Below are positions 10,463-19,753 of a DNA stretch of 64,000 nt, one piece after another (the first letter of the stretch is position 1; each line of letters opens with the position of its first letter). The notes beneath the pieces were generated by a model. The model made no database searches, was not told where the DNA came from, and saw only the letters and a list, made by a program, of their open reading frames with translations. The stretch covers positions 741 to 64,740 of the forward strand of contig CAYSCJ010000007.1 in the NCBI GenBank assembly GCA_964429515.1. The letters run 5' to 3'. Made by a program: the position numbers and the translations under genes. The DNA is from an uncultured Taibaiella sp. (lineage in GTDB: Bacteria; Bacteroidota; Bacteroidia; Chitinophagales; Chitinophagaceae).

Positions 10463-11179
10463 CTACTCTGAGTGCTGCTGCTTTTCTTTTTGCTTATTTC
10501 TTCGTTCTTGCTCATCTTTTCCCTCCAAAACCAACACCAATTCGCCCTTCAAAGGATGTGCTTGTACTTTTGCCGACACTTCGGCCAAACTTCCAATAAG
10601 GTGCTCTTCAAATTTCTTGGATATTTCTCTTGATATACACACCTTTCTATCCTCCCCTACTACGCCTATAAGCTCTTGAAGTAATTTGGAAATTCGGTGA
10701 GGCGACTCGTACAAAATAACCGTTCGAGACTCTTGTGCAAGCAATTCCAAGGCCGTCTTTCGTCCTTTCTTGAGGGGCAAAAAGCCTTCAAAAACAAAGC
10801 TATTACTCACAAAACCACTTTGCACCAATGCAGGCACAAAAGCCGTAGCCCCAGGTAGGCAGGTGACTGCTATACCCGCTTCAAGGCACGAGCGCACCAA
10901 AAGGTAGCCTGGGTCAGAAATACCGGGCGTTCCCGCATCCGATATCAAGGCCATTGTCTTGCCCGCTTGCAACTGCGATATTAAATGACTCACCAATTGA
11001 TGTTCATTATGCTGATGATAGGCCCATAAGGGCTTCTTAATTTCATAATGATTTAGCATAACACTACTGGTGCGAGTATCTTCACACAAAATTACATCCA
11101 CATTCCTTAGTGTCTCTAAAGCCCTAAGGGTGATATCTCCCAAATTGCCTATAGGGGTAGGCACCAAAACCAAATTCAT
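10463..11179 (-). CDS. rsmI: 16S rRNA (cytidine1402-2'-O)-methyltransferase
   Basis: N-terminus LVLVPTPIGNLGDITLRALETLRNVDVILCEDTRTSS and ISDAGTPGISDPG are hallmark RsmI (tetrapyrrole-methylase fold) motifs. Confidence 0.9.
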   Translation of the reverse strand: MNLVLVPTPIGNLGDITLRALETLRNVDVILCEDTRTSSVMLNHYEIKKPLWAYHQHNEHQLVSHLISQLQAGKTMALISDAGTPGISDPGYLLVRSCLEAGIAVTCLPGATAFVPALVQSGFVSNSFVFEGFLPLKKGRKTALELLAQESRTVILYESPHRISKLLQELIGVVGEDRKVCISREISKKFEEHLIGSLAEVSAKVQAHPLKGELVLVLEGKDEQERRNKQKEKQQHSE

Positions 11180-11227
11180 ATACGCAAAAAATTAAAAAAA
11201 GTGCTTAAGCTATTACACCAAGCACTT

Positions 11228-11235
11228 CAAATATA
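11228..11235 (-). promoter_or_regulatory. Candidate -7 box for rsmI
   Basis: Minus strand reads TATATTTG, 49 nt upstream of ATG 11179. Confidence 0.35.
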
Positions 11236-11271
11236 CACTTAATAATAAATTTGCCAACTCGATACAGCCAA

Positions 11272-12033
11272 TTATTGGTTTTTGGATGTATAAAAAATAG
11301 AAAGCAACACATACCCTACAAAACCAACATACACGCCAATTATTCCCAAGAGGGCGATACTGGCTATCATGGCTACTGCTACCAGTATCTGAGGCATCCA
11401 ACTGCTAAGGCTTTTTTTACCCTGCCATTTGAAAAACCTGATATTAGACACCATAAGAAAACACAATATTGCCACAAAAATATACAAATACCATCTATTG
11501 AGCAGTAGCTCTTGCATAGAAGACTGATACATAGCCACCAATGGCAAGCACGCCACAAGTATGCCTACTGCCGGAACCGGAAGCCCCTTGAAAGTAGCAG
11601 TTTGCTCCGCAGCAGTTTGGTTAAAAACTGCCAAACGAAGTGCCGCAAATACCGCTACACCAAAAGCAGGCACCAATACCCACATCGGCGTATCTAGCGC
11701 ACCTGGCTCTGCCATATACGAACACCAAATAAACTGATACAAAATCATACTAGGCGCCACACCAAAAGATACCATATCGGCCAAAGAATCTAAATCTTTA
11801 CCAATGCTACTGTGCGCCTTTAATACCCTAGCTGCCAAACCGTCAAGCACATCAAAAAACGCAGCAATGAAAATACAAATGCTGCCCCACTGAATTTCTT
11901 GGATACCCAAAACAGGAAAATAGTTAACATCGTCTGATGTATTCAGATAAGATGGTGCACTTAGCGTAAACGCAATAGCGAAACAACCAAATATTAGATT
12001 ACAAAGTGTAAGTAAATTGGGAATATATTTCAT
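11272..12033 (-). CDS. pssA: CDP-alcohol phosphatidyltransferase, probable CDP-diacylglycerol--serine O-phosphatidyltransferase
   Basis: Complete DGx2ARx8Gx3Dx3D motif (DGLAARVLKAHSSIGKDLDSLAD) in a multi-TM protein of 253 aa. Confidence 0.75.
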   Translation of the reverse strand: MKYIPNLLTLCNLIFGCFAIAFTLSAPSYLNTSDDVNYFPVLGIQEIQWGSICIFIAAFFDVLDGLAARVLKAHSSIGKDLDSLADMVSFGVAPSMILYQFIWCSYMAEPGALDTPMWVLVPAFGVAVFAALRLAVFNQTAAEQTATFKGLPVPAVGILVACLPLVAMYQSSMQELLLNRWYLYIFVAILCFLMVSNIRFFKWQGKKSLSSWMPQILVAVAMIASIALLGIIGVYVGFVGYVLLSIFYTSKNQ

Positions 12034-12232
12034 AAGCAGAATCTAATTTGTCTTTAACCTCTTTTTTGGAATAAGAATGTGGAAAGGGCAGCAAATTAAT
12101 TATAGTTTTTCATAATTTCGCATAACCTCATAAAATTAAGTATTGAATTTTCAAATTATTAATGTTTTAAGTATTAGTAATGCAGGTTATTCATTATCTT
12201 TATAACCAACTCAATGCATTAAACGTTCAAGA

Positions 12233-14470
12233 ATGACAACAGTAGCGAAAGACAAAAAAACAACTCAACTCAATTTAAAGACTGCACTACAACGATACTT
12301 TGGATTTGACAAATTCAAAGGCGACCAAGAGCAAATTATTACAAGTATCCTTTCAGGCAAAGACACCTTTGTGATTATGCCTACAGGCGGTGGTAAATCT
12401 TTGTGCTACCAACTACCAGCACTATTGAGTGAAGGAGTAACACTTATAATTTCTCCGCTTATAGCATTAATGAAAAATCAGGTAGATTTGATAAGAGGCT
12501 ACAGCGACAACGACAATGTAGCACATTTCCTCAATTCGAGCCTTACCAAAAGCCAGCAAAAAAAGGTAAAAGAAGACCTAAAAACCGGCCATACCAAGCT
12601 ACTGTATGTAGCACCCGAAACACTTACCAAACAAGAAAATATAGAATTCTTCAATGGTATCCCTATTGCATTTGTGGCAGTAGATGAAGCACACTGTATT
12701 TCTGAATGGGGCCACGACTTCCGTCCAGAATACCGAAAACTAAGAGAAATAATCAGAGAAATTAACCCCTCACTACCTATCATAGCGCTGACAGCCACTG
12801 CTACTCCCAAAGTACAGGATGATATCGTTAAAAACCTCGACCTTAACGAACCCAATATATTTATCTCTTCATTTAATAGAGCTAACCTCTATTATGAAAT
12901 CATACCCAAGACGACCAAACCAAAAGTGCTAAAGCACATGGTTAGATTTATACAGTCGCAAAACAAAAAAAGTGGCATTATTTATACCCTCAACAGAAAA
13001 ACCACAGAGGAATTGGCCCAAACCCTATGCGCTAACGGTATACAATCTGTAGCCTATCACGCAGGATTAGACGCCACTACCAGGGCACAAAGACAAGACC
13101 TCTTCCTGAAAGACGAAGTACAAGTTATTGTAGCTACCATCGCATTTGGTATGGGTATAGACAAGCCCGATGTGCGCTTTGTAATGCACTACAACATGCC
13201 CAAATCGCTTGAAAATTACTATCAGGAAACTGGAAGGGCAGGTAGAGACGGCATGGAAAGCAGGTGTATCTTATACTACTCCTACAAAGATGTACAGAAG
13301 CTCGAACACCTCATGAGGGATAAGCCGCTAAGCGAAAGAGAAATGGGCTCGCAACTAATTGCAGAAACCGTGGCTTACGTAGAAAGTGGCACTTGTAGAA
13401 GACGACAATTGCTTTATTATTTTGGCGAAATCAACCGTGAAGAAAATTGCCAAAAATGTGACAATTGCTGCAACCCCAAAGAAAAACTAGATGTAAAAGA
13501 TAGCGTTAAAATAGTACTAGATACCATATCTACACTAGACGAACGCTTTGGAATAGACTATGTTGTAGATGTAATACTTGGTAAGAAAAACCCTCAAATT
13601 CAGGTATTCAAACACGACAAACTTAAGGTATTTGGCTCGGGCAAAATAATGGAAATGGACGACACCTTCTGGCATTCCCTAATACGCCAAATGATGCTCG
13701 AAGACTTTATTAGAAAAGATATTGAAGAATACGGATTGTTAAAAATAAACGACTTTGGTAGAGAGTTTCTTAAAGCCCCCTACTCCATAAAAGTAGCGCT
13801 CAGAAACGAATATAGAGATGCCGACCTAGGCGACACCGACGACGAACCCCTCAATCCACAAGCTGGAAACGCCGTAGTAGACACTGTTCTCTTAGACATG
13901 TTGGTAGACCTTAGAAAAAAGGTAGCCAGAATGAACAACTTACCGCCTTATGTTATTTTTCAAGAAAATTCTCTTGAAGACATGACACTCAACTACCCCA
14001 CTACTATTGAAGAACTAGAAAAAATACAGGGCGTATCGAAAGGCAAAGCACTTAAATACGGTAAAAAATTCATAGAGCTTATTTCACAATACGTTGCCGA
14101 ACACGATATTGTGAAACCCGACGATTTTGTAATGAAATCTGTAGCCAATAAGTCTGGATTGAAAGTGTTTATTATTCAGAACATCGACAAAAAAGTACCT
14201 TTAGAAAATATAGCCCGTTCGAAAGATATTTCAATTAACGAACTGCTAGACAACATGGAAGCCATCGTATCGGGCGGCACCAAACTCAATGTCAATTATA
14301 TCATAGAAGAAGAACTAGATGCCGCAGACCAAGAAGACATCTACAATTACTTCCGCTCGAGCGTCAACGATGATATCAACGCAGCTTATGAGGAGTTTAA
14401 AGACTACAATATCTCGATGGAATATATCAAACTGATGCGCCTCAAATTTATCAGCGAATTTGGAAATTAA
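12233..14470 (+). CDS. recQ: ATP-dependent DNA helicase RecQ
   Basis: Walker A PTGGGKSLCYQLP, DEAH box VAVDEAHCISEWGHDFRPEY, Zn-binding Cys cluster (CRRRQLL...CQKCDNC) and a C-terminal HRDC-like region. Confidence 0.95.
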   Translation: MTTVAKDKKTTQLNLKTALQRYFGFDKFKGDQEQIITSILSGKDTFVIMPTGGGKSLCYQLPALLSEGVTLIISPLIALMKNQVDLIRGYSDNDNVAHFLNSSLTKSQQKKVKEDLKTGHTKLLYVAPETLTKQENIEFFNGIPIAFVAVDEAHCISEWGHDFRPEYRKLREIIREINPSLPIIALTATATPKVQDDIVKNLDLNEPNIFISSFNRANLYYEIIPKTTKPKVLKHMVRFIQSQNKKSGIIYTLNRKTTEELAQTLCANGIQSVAYHAGLDATTRAQRQDLFLKDEVQVIVATIAFGMGIDKPDVRFVMHYNMPKSLENYYQETGRAGRDGMESRCILYYSYKDVQKLEHLMRDKPLSEREMGSQLIAETVAYVESGTCRRRQLLYYFGEINREENCQKCDNCCNPKEKLDVKDSVKIVLDTISTLDERFGIDYVVDVILGKKNPQIQVFKHDKLKVFGSGKIMEMDDTFWHSLIRQMMLEDFIRKDIEEYGLLKINDFGREFLKAPYSIKVALRNEYRDADLGDTDDEPLNPQAGNAVVDTVLLDMLVDLRKKVARMNNLPPYVIFQENSLEDMTLNYPTTIEELEKIQGVSKGKALKYGKKFIELISQYVAEHDIVKPDDFVMKSVANKSGLKVFIIQNIDKKVPLENIARSKDISINELLDNMEAIVSGGTKLNVNYIIEEELDAADQEDIYNYFRSSVNDDINAAYEEFKDYNISMEYIKLMRLKFISEFGN

Positions 14471-14500
14471 AACCAATGCACAATTTGCTAATTCCTAAGA

Positions 14501-14540
14501 AAAAAGCCATAATTACTATTTGCAATTATGGCTTTTTTTA
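14501..14540 (+). terminator. Rho-independent terminator of recQ
   Basis: aaaaagccataatt-actatttgc-aattatggcttttttt. Confidence 0.8.
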
Positions 14541-14659
14541 CTAAATAATCACCCACCTAAATAGCACAAAAACAATACACAACTTATACATTTTATGAAT
14601 AAAGTGTAAAGGTGTCTCCATTTTAGAACAAGGAATTAGATAATACGCTTTTTTGGTTG

Positions 14660-14667
14660 TAACTTTG
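14660..14667 (+). promoter_or_regulatory. Candidate -7 box for sufB
   Basis: taactttg, 75 nt upstream of ATG 14742. A ttg lies in ttttggttg just upstream. Confidence 0.45.
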
Positions 14668-14673
14668 CATGAT

Positions 14674-14704
14674 AAATATCATATATTTAGCATTTCATAA
14701 TGCT
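14674..14704 (+). promoter_or_regulatory. Two adjacent palindromes in the sufB leader (candidate operator)
   Basis: AAATAT-CAT-ATATTT (14674-14688) is directly followed by AGCATT-TCAT-AATGCT (14689-14704). Both lie between the -7 box and the ATG. Confidence 0.35.
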
Positions 14705-14741
14705 TTAACATTTAATCTAAAGCAATTTAATTATCCTTGCA

Positions 14742-16187
14742 ATGGAAAACAGTACCGAATATTTAGAAGAGTTAGCATCGAAGGAGTACGAACACGGTTT
14801 TGTCACAGATATAGAGATGGACATCTTGCCTCCGGGGCTAAATGAAGATACCATCCGCTTTTTATCCAATAAAAAAAATGAACCAGAATGGCTTCTTGAA
14901 TGGCGTCTAAAAGCATTTGAAACATTTAAGAAAATGGAAATGCCCGATTGGCAATACTTTAAAATGCCCTCGATAGATTTTCAAGCCATTTCCTACTATG
15001 CTGCACCCAAAAATAAAGTGAAGTATAATAGCCTAGACGAAGTAGACCCTGAGCTTTTGAAAACCTTTGAAAAACTAGGCATTCCACTAAATGAGCAAAA
15101 ATCATTAGCTGGAGTAGCCGTAGACGCTGTATTTGATAGCATTTCGGTAGCTACCACCTTCAAAGAGGAGCTTCATAAATTGGGCGTTATTTTCTGCTCT
15201 ATCTCCGAAGCAATACAAGAGCACCCCGACTTGGTGCGCAAGTACTTAGGCTCTGTAGTACCCGTTTCAGATAATATTTTTGCCGCATTGAACTCTGCCG
15301 TATTTTCCGATGGCTCGTTTGTGTATATACCTAAAGGGGTACGTTGCCCTATGGAATTATCTACCTATTTCCGTATCAATGCCCAAAATACAGGGCAGTT
15401 TGAACGTACACTAATTGTATGTGACGACGACGCTTATGTTAGCTATTTGGAAGGCTGCACAGCCCCAATGCGCGACGAAAACCAACTACATGCAGCTATT
15501 GTAGAAATTATAGCAATGGAAAATGCTGAAGTAAAATACTCTACTGTACAGAATTGGTACCCTGGTGACGAAAATGGTAAAGGTGGTATTTACAACTTTG
15601 TTACTAAGCGCGGTATTTGTAAAGGAAAAAATTCAATTATTTCATGGACACAGGTAGAGACTGGCTCTGCCATTACTTGGAAATATCCATCTGTAATTTT
15701 ACAAGGCGACAACTCTTATGGTGAGTTTTACTCTGTGGCTGTAGCTAAAGGTAAACAAATAGCCGATACAGGAACTAAAATGCTGCATATTGGCAAAAAT
15801 ACCCGCTCTCGCATCATTTCTAAAGGTATTTCTGCCGGTAATGGCCAAAATACTTATAGAGGATTGGTAAGCATAGGTAAAAATGCTCAAGATGCCAGAA
15901 ACTTCACGCAGTGTGATTCTATGTTGATAGGCGACCGTTGTGGTGCACACACCTTTCCATATATTGAATCAAAAAATAGCACTGCAACATTAGAGCATGA
16001 AGCGACTACTTCAAAGATAGGTGAAGATCAAATTTTTTACTTAAATGCACGTGGTATAGATACTGAGAAAGCAGTAGAAATGATCGTAAATGGTTTTGCT
16101 AAAGAGGTATTGAACAAATTACCAATGGAGTTTGCCGTAGAAGCCCAAAAATTATTAGCCATTTCTTTGGAAGGCAGCGTGGGATAA
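14742..16187 (+). CDS. sufB: Fe-S cluster assembly scaffold SufB
   Basis: 481 aa with typical SufB sequence throughout ([47 protein letters not shown]). Confidence 0.95.
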   Translation: MENSTEYLEELASKEYEHGFVTDIEMDILPPGLNEDTIRFLSNKKNEPEWLLEWRLKAFETFKKMEMPDWQYFKMPSIDFQAISYYAAPKNKVKYNSLDEVDPELLKTFEKLGIPLNEQKSLAGVAVDAVFDSISVATTFKEELHKLGVIFCSISEAIQEHPDLVRKYLGSVVPVSDNIFAALNSAVFSDGSFVYIPKGVRCPMELSTYFRINAQNTGQFERTLIVCDDDAYVSYLEGCTAPMRDENQLHAAIVEIIAMENAEVKYSTVQNWYPGDENGKGGIYNFVTKRGICKGKNSIISWTQVETGSAITWKYPSVILQGDNSYGEFYSVAVAKGKQIADTGTKMLHIGKNTRSRIISKGISAGNGQNTYRGLVSIGKNAQDARNFTQCDSMLIGDRCGAHTFPYIESKNSTATLEHEATTSKIGEDQIFYLNARGIDTEKAVEMIVNGFAKEVLNKLPMEFAVEAQKLLAISLEGSVG

Positions 16188-16585
16188 GTTAAAGCGCGTG
16201 TTTAAAGTAAGGTATGATTACAAGATACGACAATCTTCCTCAATTACGCTCTTTAATTAAGTTTAAAAACTAAAATACAAAGGAAAAACTTAGGTATATC
16301 GCTTCTATTCGGAGCATTGCATCACTAATAGTAAATATATTAAAAACATAAAAAAAAGAAGCTCTTAAAAACACCAAACATCACTTAAATTTATATAATT
16401 AAGTATTAAAGGATAGGTGTTCAAACGATATATAATTGTTGAGTACTTTGACGTTACACATAAACAAAGAATAGGTAGTTTAGCCGTAATGTTCTAATTT
16501 CGCGGTCAATTTTAACAGCTTAAAACACATTTTTTTAATTCGAATAACGTAAGTCGGATTTATTAATATTAACTTGGAATACATC

Positions 16586-17326
16586 ATGTTATCAATAAAA
16601 AATTTACACGCAGGTGTAGAAGAAAAAGAAATACTTAAAGGCTTGAACTTAGAAGTAAAAGCTGGTGAAGTTCATGCCATAATGGGCCCTAACGGTGCTG
16701 GTAAAAGTTCTTTAGCATCTGTATTAAGTGGTCGCCCCAATTATGAGGTTACCGACGGTGAAGTAACTTTAGATGGCAAAAATTTATTAGAATTATCCGC
16801 CGAAGACAGAGCTCGAGAAGGTGTATTCTTAGCATTCCAATATCCTGTAGAAATACCGGGTGTTAGCAATATCAATTTTTTGAAAACTGCAATGAATGAA
16901 ATACGCGCCTACAAAGGAAAAGAGCCATTGACGGCCAAAGAATTCATGGCATTATCCAAAAAAAATCAAGAACTCGTAGAGTTTGATGCTAAATTAGCCA
17001 ACCGCTCTTTGAATGAAGGCTTTTCGGGTGGTGAAAAAAAGCGCAACGAAATATTCCAGTTAGCCATGCTAGAACCCAAGCTCATCATTTTGGACGAAAC
17101 AGATTCGGGCTTAGATATCGACGCTTTACGTATCGTATCTCGTGGTGTTAATAAACTAAGAAATGAAGGCAATGCATTCATCATCATTACCCACTATCAG
17201 CGTTTGCTCGATTATATCGTACCCGATTTCGTGCACGTATTGGCAGATGGCAAAATTGTGAAAAGCGGCGATAAAACGCTAGCATTAGAATTGGAAGAGA
17301 AGGGTTATGATTGGTTGAAAAACTAA
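16586..17326 (+). CDS. sufC: Fe-S cluster assembly ATPase SufC
   Basis: Walker A GPNGAGKSS, signature FSGGEKKRNEI, Walker B ILDETDSGLD. I prefer the ATG at 16586 (MLSIKNLH) to the TTG at 16574. Confidence 0.95.
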   Translation: MLSIKNLHAGVEEKEILKGLNLEVKAGEVHAIMGPNGAGKSSLASVLSGRPNYEVTDGEVTLDGKNLLELSAEDRAREGVFLAFQYPVEIPGVSNINFLKTAMNEIRAYKGKEPLTAKEFMALSKKNQELVEFDAKLANRSLNEGFSGGEKKRNEIFQLAMLEPKLIILDETDSGLDIDALRIVSRGVNKLRNEGNAFIIITHYQRLLDYIVPDFVHVLADGKIVKSGDKTLALELEEKGYDWLKN

Positions 17327-17408
17327 ACAAACCATCTCGCTTCATTATTTTCTTTACATTATTCCTATTACAAATACAGCCTTGCTGTACCATATACCTT
17401 TAACAAAA

Positions 17409-18761
17409 ATGGTTTCAAAAAAGCAGTTGGAAACACCATTATTCGAAAAAATTGCTTCGAGCGCAGATGTAGCATTGTTTCAAACAGAGAAACAATACAT
17501 TAAAGACATTAGAAAAGCTGCATTTGAGGCTTTCCTACAGAATGGATTCCCTTCAACAAAAAACGAGGAATGGAGATTCACCAATATGGCATCGTACCTA
17601 AAAGATGACTATATATTGAGTGGTTTAGAAACGATGCTTTCTACCAAAGAAATAGATGCCATATACCACGCAGTGGAAGCAAAACTCTCGGAAATACAAG
17701 AAGAAAATATTCAAACAGCCTACAAAATCATCTTAATCAATGGTCATTTTAGCCAAGAGCTATCTACATTACCTAGTGCACAAGATGTAAACATTGGTAG
17801 CCTGAATGAAAACCTTGATAATGCATGCGTCGAAAAGTATTTTGGAACGATTGCAGACACCCAAGAGCCTGCTCATAGCTATGTAGCACTCAACACAGCA
17901 TTGTATGCCAATGGCCTATTTATTGAAGTACCCAAAGGGAAAACAATAGAACAACCACTATACATCTTCAACGTTTATACGGCTAACAGAGCTAGCATGA
18001 TCATGCCTCGCAATCTCATAGTAGTAAACGAAAGTGCTGAGCTCACCATTGTAGAGTCTGTAATAGACCAAACTTATGGTGAATCGGTATTTATAAACAA
18101 AGTTACAGAGGTAGCAGTAGCCGCAAACGCACATTGCCATCATTACGAAATGCAAACTGGTCAGCCGGGCATGCGCTTGGTACAACGAGTAGAAGCTACG
18201 CAAATGGCGCATAGTACCTACAACAACTATACCTTCACATTTCCGGGTATAGACTTGGTTAGGAACAACCTTACGATAAATCTCAATGAAGCCAACTTAG
18301 AAAGCCATCTTTATGGATTATACCTTACTGGCGGCAAACAACTAGTAGACAATCATACCGAGGTGCATCACAAATTTCCAAACGGCGAAAGCAATCAATT
18401 ATACAAAGGCGTATTATTAGATGCCTCTAGAGCGGTATTTAATGGCAAAATCAAAGTATATGAAGATGCCCAAAAAACAAACGCCTTCCAGCAATCTAAC
18501 AATATGTTGTATAGTGCAGATGCTGTAGTAAACGCCAAACCCCAGTTGGAAATATACGCCGATGATGTAAAATGTAGCCACGGTACCACGATTGGCCAAC
18601 TTAGCGATGAGGCAATATTCTATTTACAATCTAGGGGTATTGGTCTTGAAAACGCCAGAAAACTAATGGTAAATGCCTTTGCCTTTGACGTAACTCAAAA
18701 AATAAAATTAGCAAAGCTAAAAGACTACTTGAATGATAAAATTCAAAACACGATCAATTAA
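17409..18761 (+). CDS. sufD: Fe-S cluster assembly protein SufD
   Basis: SufB/SufD family C-terminal region (HTEVHHKFPNGESNQLYKGVL, LEIYADDVKCSHGTTIGQL, FYLQSRGI). I prefer the ATG at 17409 to the TTG at 17382. Confidence 0.9.
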   Translation: MVSKKQLETPLFEKIASSADVALFQTEKQYIKDIRKAAFEAFLQNGFPSTKNEEWRFTNMASYLKDDYILSGLETMLSTKEIDAIYHAVEAKLSEIQEENIQTAYKIILINGHFSQELSTLPSAQDVNIGSLNENLDNACVEKYFGTIADTQEPAHSYVALNTALYANGLFIEVPKGKTIEQPLYIFNVYTANRASMIMPRNLIVVNESAELTIVESVIDQTYGESVFINKVTEVAVAANAHCHHYEMQTGQPGMRLVQRVEATQMAHSTYNNYTFTFPGIDLVRNNLTINLNEANLESHLYGLYLTGGKQLVDNHTEVHHKFPNGESNQLYKGVLLDASRAVFNGKIKVYEDAQKTNAFQQSNNMLYSADAVVNAKPQLEIYADDVKCSHGTTIGQLSDEAIFYLQSRGIGLENARKLMVNAFAFDVTQKIKLAKLKDYLNDKIQNTIN

Positions 18762-18827
18762 GTAAAGTATGCGTGTTTGTTTTAGGCCGAACTTCCAATC
18801 TTAAAGATTTTTTGCAATAAAAATATG

Positions 18828-18867
18828 ACCCCAAAAAGCAGCACGACTTCTTGGGGTATGTTTTTTT
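18828..18867 (+). terminator. Rho-independent terminator after sufD
   Basis: accccaa...ttggggt stem (7 bp, 16-nt loop) followed by atgttttttt. Confidence 0.6.
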
Positions 18868-19075
18868 AGAAAAATTAATTACAAAAATTTGACTCGTTAC
18901 ACATAAAACAATCAATATCGCAGGCAACATCATCTTATATTACGATTAGCTGTTACAAAGGATTAAGCAGAAGGCTCAATAAACCCCAAACTAACAGGAA
19001 TGCATCATGATTATTTGCGTATTTAGCATTCGAAAGGAATGTTTTTTTTAAAGTAAAACGAATACGTAAACAGGC

Positions 19076-19528
19076 TTAATTGACATTCAAGAATTTACGG
19101 AACTGTGCGTTATAACTATCTACAACATCTTCCACATCTACACGCTCATCAAAATTCGTGATCAAAATATTTTTATTTTTAGACGGAATTCTTAAATACA
19201 CACTTTTACGCTCAGGAGAAACGGCTACATAAAACTTTGAATCTGACGACAATCTTACCCTAGAGATGCCATAATGCAGCTCCAAGGTGCCACCTCTACC
19301 AAATTTTAAGGTTTTGCTGCAAAAATTGGATGCTGAATAATACGACCAAGCTAAGGTGAAAATACCTGCCGCTAATAATACCTCTATGGAACTTGCACTA
19401 ATGTAATAGAAAGCCGCAAATACTGCATAACTAATAAATAATACTTTCGCAAAGAAACGAACATCGTCTTTGTGTACTGACCTCAAGGGCAGGGTAATGC
19501 CCTGTAAAGGATAATGAATTTGATACAT
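19076..19528 (-). CDS. Hypothetical membrane protein (two TM segments plus a soluble C-terminal domain)
   Basis: 150-aa ORF that does not overlap other genes. A TATTTTTG -7 box lies 30 nt upstream. No family recognised. Confidence 0.5.
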   Translation of the reverse strand: MYQIHYPLQGITLPLRSVHKDDVRFFAKVLFISYAVFAAFYYISASSIEVLLAAGIFTLAWSYYSASNFCSKTLKFGRGGTLELHYGISRVRLSSDSKFYVAVSPERKSVYLRIPSKNKNILITNFDERVDVEDVVDSYNAQFRKFLNVN

Positions 19529-19557
19529 GGTGGTGTTTTTTAGGTTGTTAATTAAAA

Positions 19558-19565
19558 CAAAAATA
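19558..19565 (-). promoter_or_regulatory. Candidate -7 box for the 150-aa membrane protein gene
   Basis: Minus strand reads TATTTTTG, 30 nt upstream of ATG 19528. Confidence 0.4.
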
Positions 19566-19739
19566 TAATAATTCGTTAAATTTTACATATTTTCTTATTT
19601 AAAATACATATCGCGATTTTTTATATAAAATATAAAAACTTACATTATATAAAAAATCCTATTATTCTTGATTTAATCTATAATTATAAAAAATATCTAA
19701 GGAATAGGCTGTAATTGAAATAAGCTACTTTAGAATCAT

Positions 19740-19747
19740 TAAATTTG
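19740..19747 (+). promoter_or_regulatory. Candidate -7 box for the Wzx-like gene (very short leader)
   Basis: taaatttg, ending 6 nt before ATG 19754. Confidence 0.35.
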
Positions 19748-19753
19748 CCTGAA

